NCBI GenBank assembly: GCA_963708075.1
Contig: OY970194.1
Location: 1,440,001-1,504,000, forward strand
Length of the DNA stretch: 64,000 bases
Direction of reading: 5' to 3'
DNA from: Sedimentisphaerales bacterium
Lineage (GTDB): Bacteria > Planctomycetota > Phycisphaerae > Sedimentisphaerales > Anaerobacaceae
In this document: piece after piece, positions 61,596-64,000 of the stretch
How positions within the stretch are numbered: position 1 is the stretch's first letter
Layout of the letters: every line of letters starts with the position of its first letter
Program-made: the position numbers and the translations under genes
Notes under the pieces: generated by a model
What the model was told of the DNA's origin: nothing
The model's input: the letters and a program-made list of their open reading frames with translations, nothing else
Database searches by the model: none

Positions 61596-63659
61596 TCAAC
61601 GCAGGATGGCTTTGCGGATGCTGAAGCAGTCGTTGCCGGAGAAGAGGAGGTGGCAGGTTCGGCCGTCTTCGCTCATCCATTTTGCCGGAAAGGTGCTCGT
61701 TTCGCCGGGGCCGGTGTCCCAGGTCTCGGTGTAGAATACGGTGCGCCAAGGGCTCCAAGGTTCAGGGGCCTCGTAGATCCCGAAGCCGCCCTGGTATCGC
61801 GGGCCACGCTCATCCGTGCTTTGCGGGAGGATTTGGCACCAGAGGTAACGCTTCAGGCCGGCATTGTAGGTGATGCCGGAGCGGTAACATCGGCCGGGGT
61901 TGACGAACACGGCGCCGCGATCCTGGATACTGCCGGTCCATAGAGGCCGGCCTTCGGTGTCGAGGCCCTTGAAGAACTCCCGGGCCCCCCGCTCGCGAAT
62001 TCTGTCCTTCGGCACGCGGGCCAGAACCATTCGGTCGGCAGGCGTGTAGGCGCTGTCACTGTCGTGCGAGTAGATGTACACGTAGTTGTCCCTCGCACCA
62101 TCGTAATTCCTGCCGAAATTCAGGAACGTCGGGGCGCCGAAGCTGGTCTCAAATCTCCAATCGCACCAGCTCCAGCTCGCGCCGTGGTCATCCGACCAGG
62201 CGAGTTGAGAATTACCGACATTCCGCACCAGCATATAGAGGATACCATTCACGCAGAGCATGCCGCTGGCTTTGGGCCCGGCCTTGTCGTCGCCAACCTC
62301 CTCGGCGGTCTTGCTGCGAATGTTGATACCCTCGAAGCTCTCCGGCCCGCCGACAATCCTGGCGAGGCCCAGGCTGAGCTTCTTATCTGACTTCGGCTCA
62401 AAGCCCCAGCCGTCACCGTAGGCGGTGTACTGGTTGTCGTCATCGGCCCAGGTGATCGGCCAGTTGTCGCTGCCCTCCGCTTTGCGAATGATCGTATCGA
62501 CCAGGGTCCACTCAATGCCCTTGATGGCCTCACTTGGCGGGTACGGGGCGCCGGGCCATGTGTCACGGTCCTTCACCGATTGTGCGATGGGCGAGAGAAA
62601 CGGCTCGATGGGCCCATAATGGGGATTTCGCTTCTCGCTCATCGACTTGCCTGCGCGCGAGGCGACGATATCCAAAGAAGGGATGACCACAATCAGACTG
62701 TCGTACAGGCCCCACGACCAATAGGCGTCGCGCGGGACGTTCTTCATTGTGCCGTCGGCGTTGTTCCACCAAAGCAGGCCGTAATGGTCGGAGGCATTGC
62801 CGTAATCCTCCGACTTGACCACGGGCAGGCCCCGCACGCCATATGGCACGGCGCGCACGGCATCGACGAACCAGGACGGGAGAATCTGCTTGTCTGCCCA
62901 GCGGCCCTGACGCAGGTACAGGTAGCCGATCCGGGCCATCGCATCGACATTGGCGCTGATGCCGGAGCCGAACTCCCGGCGAGGAATGCCGCTGATCTCT
63001 TTGGGCCGGTAGGAATTTGGCCGCCACTTGAGGTCCTCGCGGCCGATTCCAATCGGCGAGAAGACCCGCTCGAACATCAACTCCTGCAAGTCCCGGCCGT
63101 ACGCCAGCGTGACGCACTCCGCCAGCCAGTTCGGGCCGCCGTCGCTGTACGACCACTTCGTGCCGGGCTCGAAGAGCAGCTCCGTGTAGCCGCCGGCCTT
63201 GTCGAAGCCGGCCGTCTGCGTCGCCAGGTGGAACAGCGTGATCTTCCCCAGCCGGCCCTTGTCCTTGTTCGCCGGTGGCAAGACACCGAACTCCAAATGG
63301 TATTTGGCCGCAGGCTCGTGGAGACCCGCGAATTTGCCGTCAGCCAGGGCCAGTCCGACAGCGGTGACACCAATCGCCTTCGTTGAGGATTTGAGATCGT
63401 AGGTCCGCGCCGGGTCGCCCCACTGCATCACAACCTTGCCATGGCGAACGACCATGCCGGAGCCTTCTCCGCCCAAGGCATAATCCCGTGCCTGCACGAG
63501 CATCACCGCATCCATGGCGACCTGTCCGGGCGTCGTCGTTTGCCACTGCTCGCCGGGATATGTGAGTGCCCTCTCGCCCTGCCCCGCCACGATCCCGCAG
63601 ATTGCAGCGACAGCGAGAAGTCCGAGTTCTGCCCTGCCCCACATGCTTTTCTCCACCAT
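61596..63659 (-). CDS. Beta-lactamase-like serine hydrolase fused to a DUF4185-like beta-propeller domain
   Basis: SSTK (SxxK), PGTKWSYSD, YGLLWW; second domain SDNWPITWADD..YGDGWGF..APEPWSPW. Confidence 0.8.
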   Translation of the reverse strand: MVEKSMWGRAELGLLAVAAICGIVAGQGERALTYPGEQWQTTTPGQVAMDAVMLVQARDYALGGEGSGMVVRHGKVVMQWGDPARTYDLKSSTKAIGVTAVGLALADGKFAGLHEPAAKYHLEFGVLPPANKDKGRLGKITLFHLATQTAGFDKAGGYTELLFEPGTKWSYSDGGPNWLAECVTLAYGRDLQELMFERVFSPIGIGREDLKWRPNSYRPKEISGIPRREFGSGISANVDAMARIGYLYLRQGRWADKQILPSWFVDAVRAVPYGVRGLPVVKSEDYGNASDHYGLLWWNNADGTMKNVPRDAYWSWGLYDSLIVVIPSLDIVASRAGKSMSEKRNPHYGPIEPFLSPIAQSVKDRDTWPGAPYPPSEAIKGIEWTLVDTIIRKAEGSDNWPITWADDDNQYTAYGDGWGFEPKSDKKLSLGLARIVGGPESFEGINIRSKTAEEVGDDKAGPKASGMLCVNGILYMLVRNVGNSQLAWSDDHGASWSWCDWRFETSFGAPTFLNFGRNYDGARDNYVYIYSHDSDSAYTPADRMVLARVPKDRIRERGAREFFKGLDTEGRPLWTGSIQDRGAVFVNPGRCYRSGITYNAGLKRYLWCQILPQSTDERGPRYQGGFGIYEAPEPWSPWRTVFYTETWDTGPGETSTFPAKWMSEDGRTCHLLFSGNDCFSIRKAILR

Positions 63660-63781
63660 GGTGCACCCCGAAAAAGCAAACATGCCGAAATTTCTTTCGG
63701 CATGTCGATCCTTGAATACGGAAATGCAGAAGGGCCGAGTCCGTGAGGACCGGTCCGGCAAGCCAGGCGGAACTACCCGGC

Positions 63782-64000
63782 CTACTTGCCGCCGCCAGCT
63801 TTGGCACCGGCTGCCTTGGCGCCGGTCGCCGCCGCGGGAGCGGCAGGAGCCGCCGGAGCGCCCGGAGCTGCTGCTCCAGGGGCTGCCTCGGCCGCCTCAG
63901 CTTTAGCCTTCTTGCCGGCCGCGCTCTTACGATGGGCTACTTTCGGCAGGTGCAGCGCGGAGGTCTCGTCCGTCCAGCGTTCCTCCTCTTTGAGAACGTC
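63782..64000 (-). CDS. PVC-superphylum small basic protein, 5'-truncated, with Ala/Pro/Lys-rich tail
   Basis: My translation ..DVLKEEERWTDETSALHLPKVAHRKSAAGKKAKAEAAEAAPGAAAPGAPAAPAAPAAATGAKAAGAKAGGGK; W...S...LPKV matches my recollection of the family. Confidence 0.75.
   Translation of the reverse strand, partial: DVLKEEERWTDETSALHLPKVAHRKSAAGKKAKAEAAEAAPGAAAPGAPAAPAAPAAATGAKAAGAKAGGGK

Overview
GC-rich bacterial chromosome segment, most likely Planctomycetota (Phycisphaerae/Sedimentisphaerales-like). The phylum call rests mainly on a PVC-type small basic protein at the right edge. Housekeeping genes: tyrS, uvrD/pcrA, manC, ruvX, rpsO, pnp, lysC-apgM-hom, dacB, tatA. Larger modules: (1) an operon with three HflK/HflC-type SPFH proteins, a P1B metal ATPase, an ABC exporter and a PilG-like TPR protein, with no ftsH in the window; (2) a complete Tad/Flp pilus locus lying between a sensor kinase and a sigma-54 response regulator; (3) two CNNM/CorC genes with a GT-C glycosyltransferase; (4) an nfeD-nfeD-floA flotillin operon; (5) several exported carbohydrate-active enzymes. 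About 14 small indels split nine genes, including essential tyrS, and are most likely assembly errors. Best leads for new biology are the SPFH/P1B-ATPase/ABC module, a strong enrichment of Asp-Pro-Asn (DPN) in exported protein regions, and a promoter-driven ~100-nt hairpin upstream of the sigma-54 regulator. No rRNA, tRNA, CRISPR array or transposase was recognised. All family calls are by motif recognition; no searches were run.
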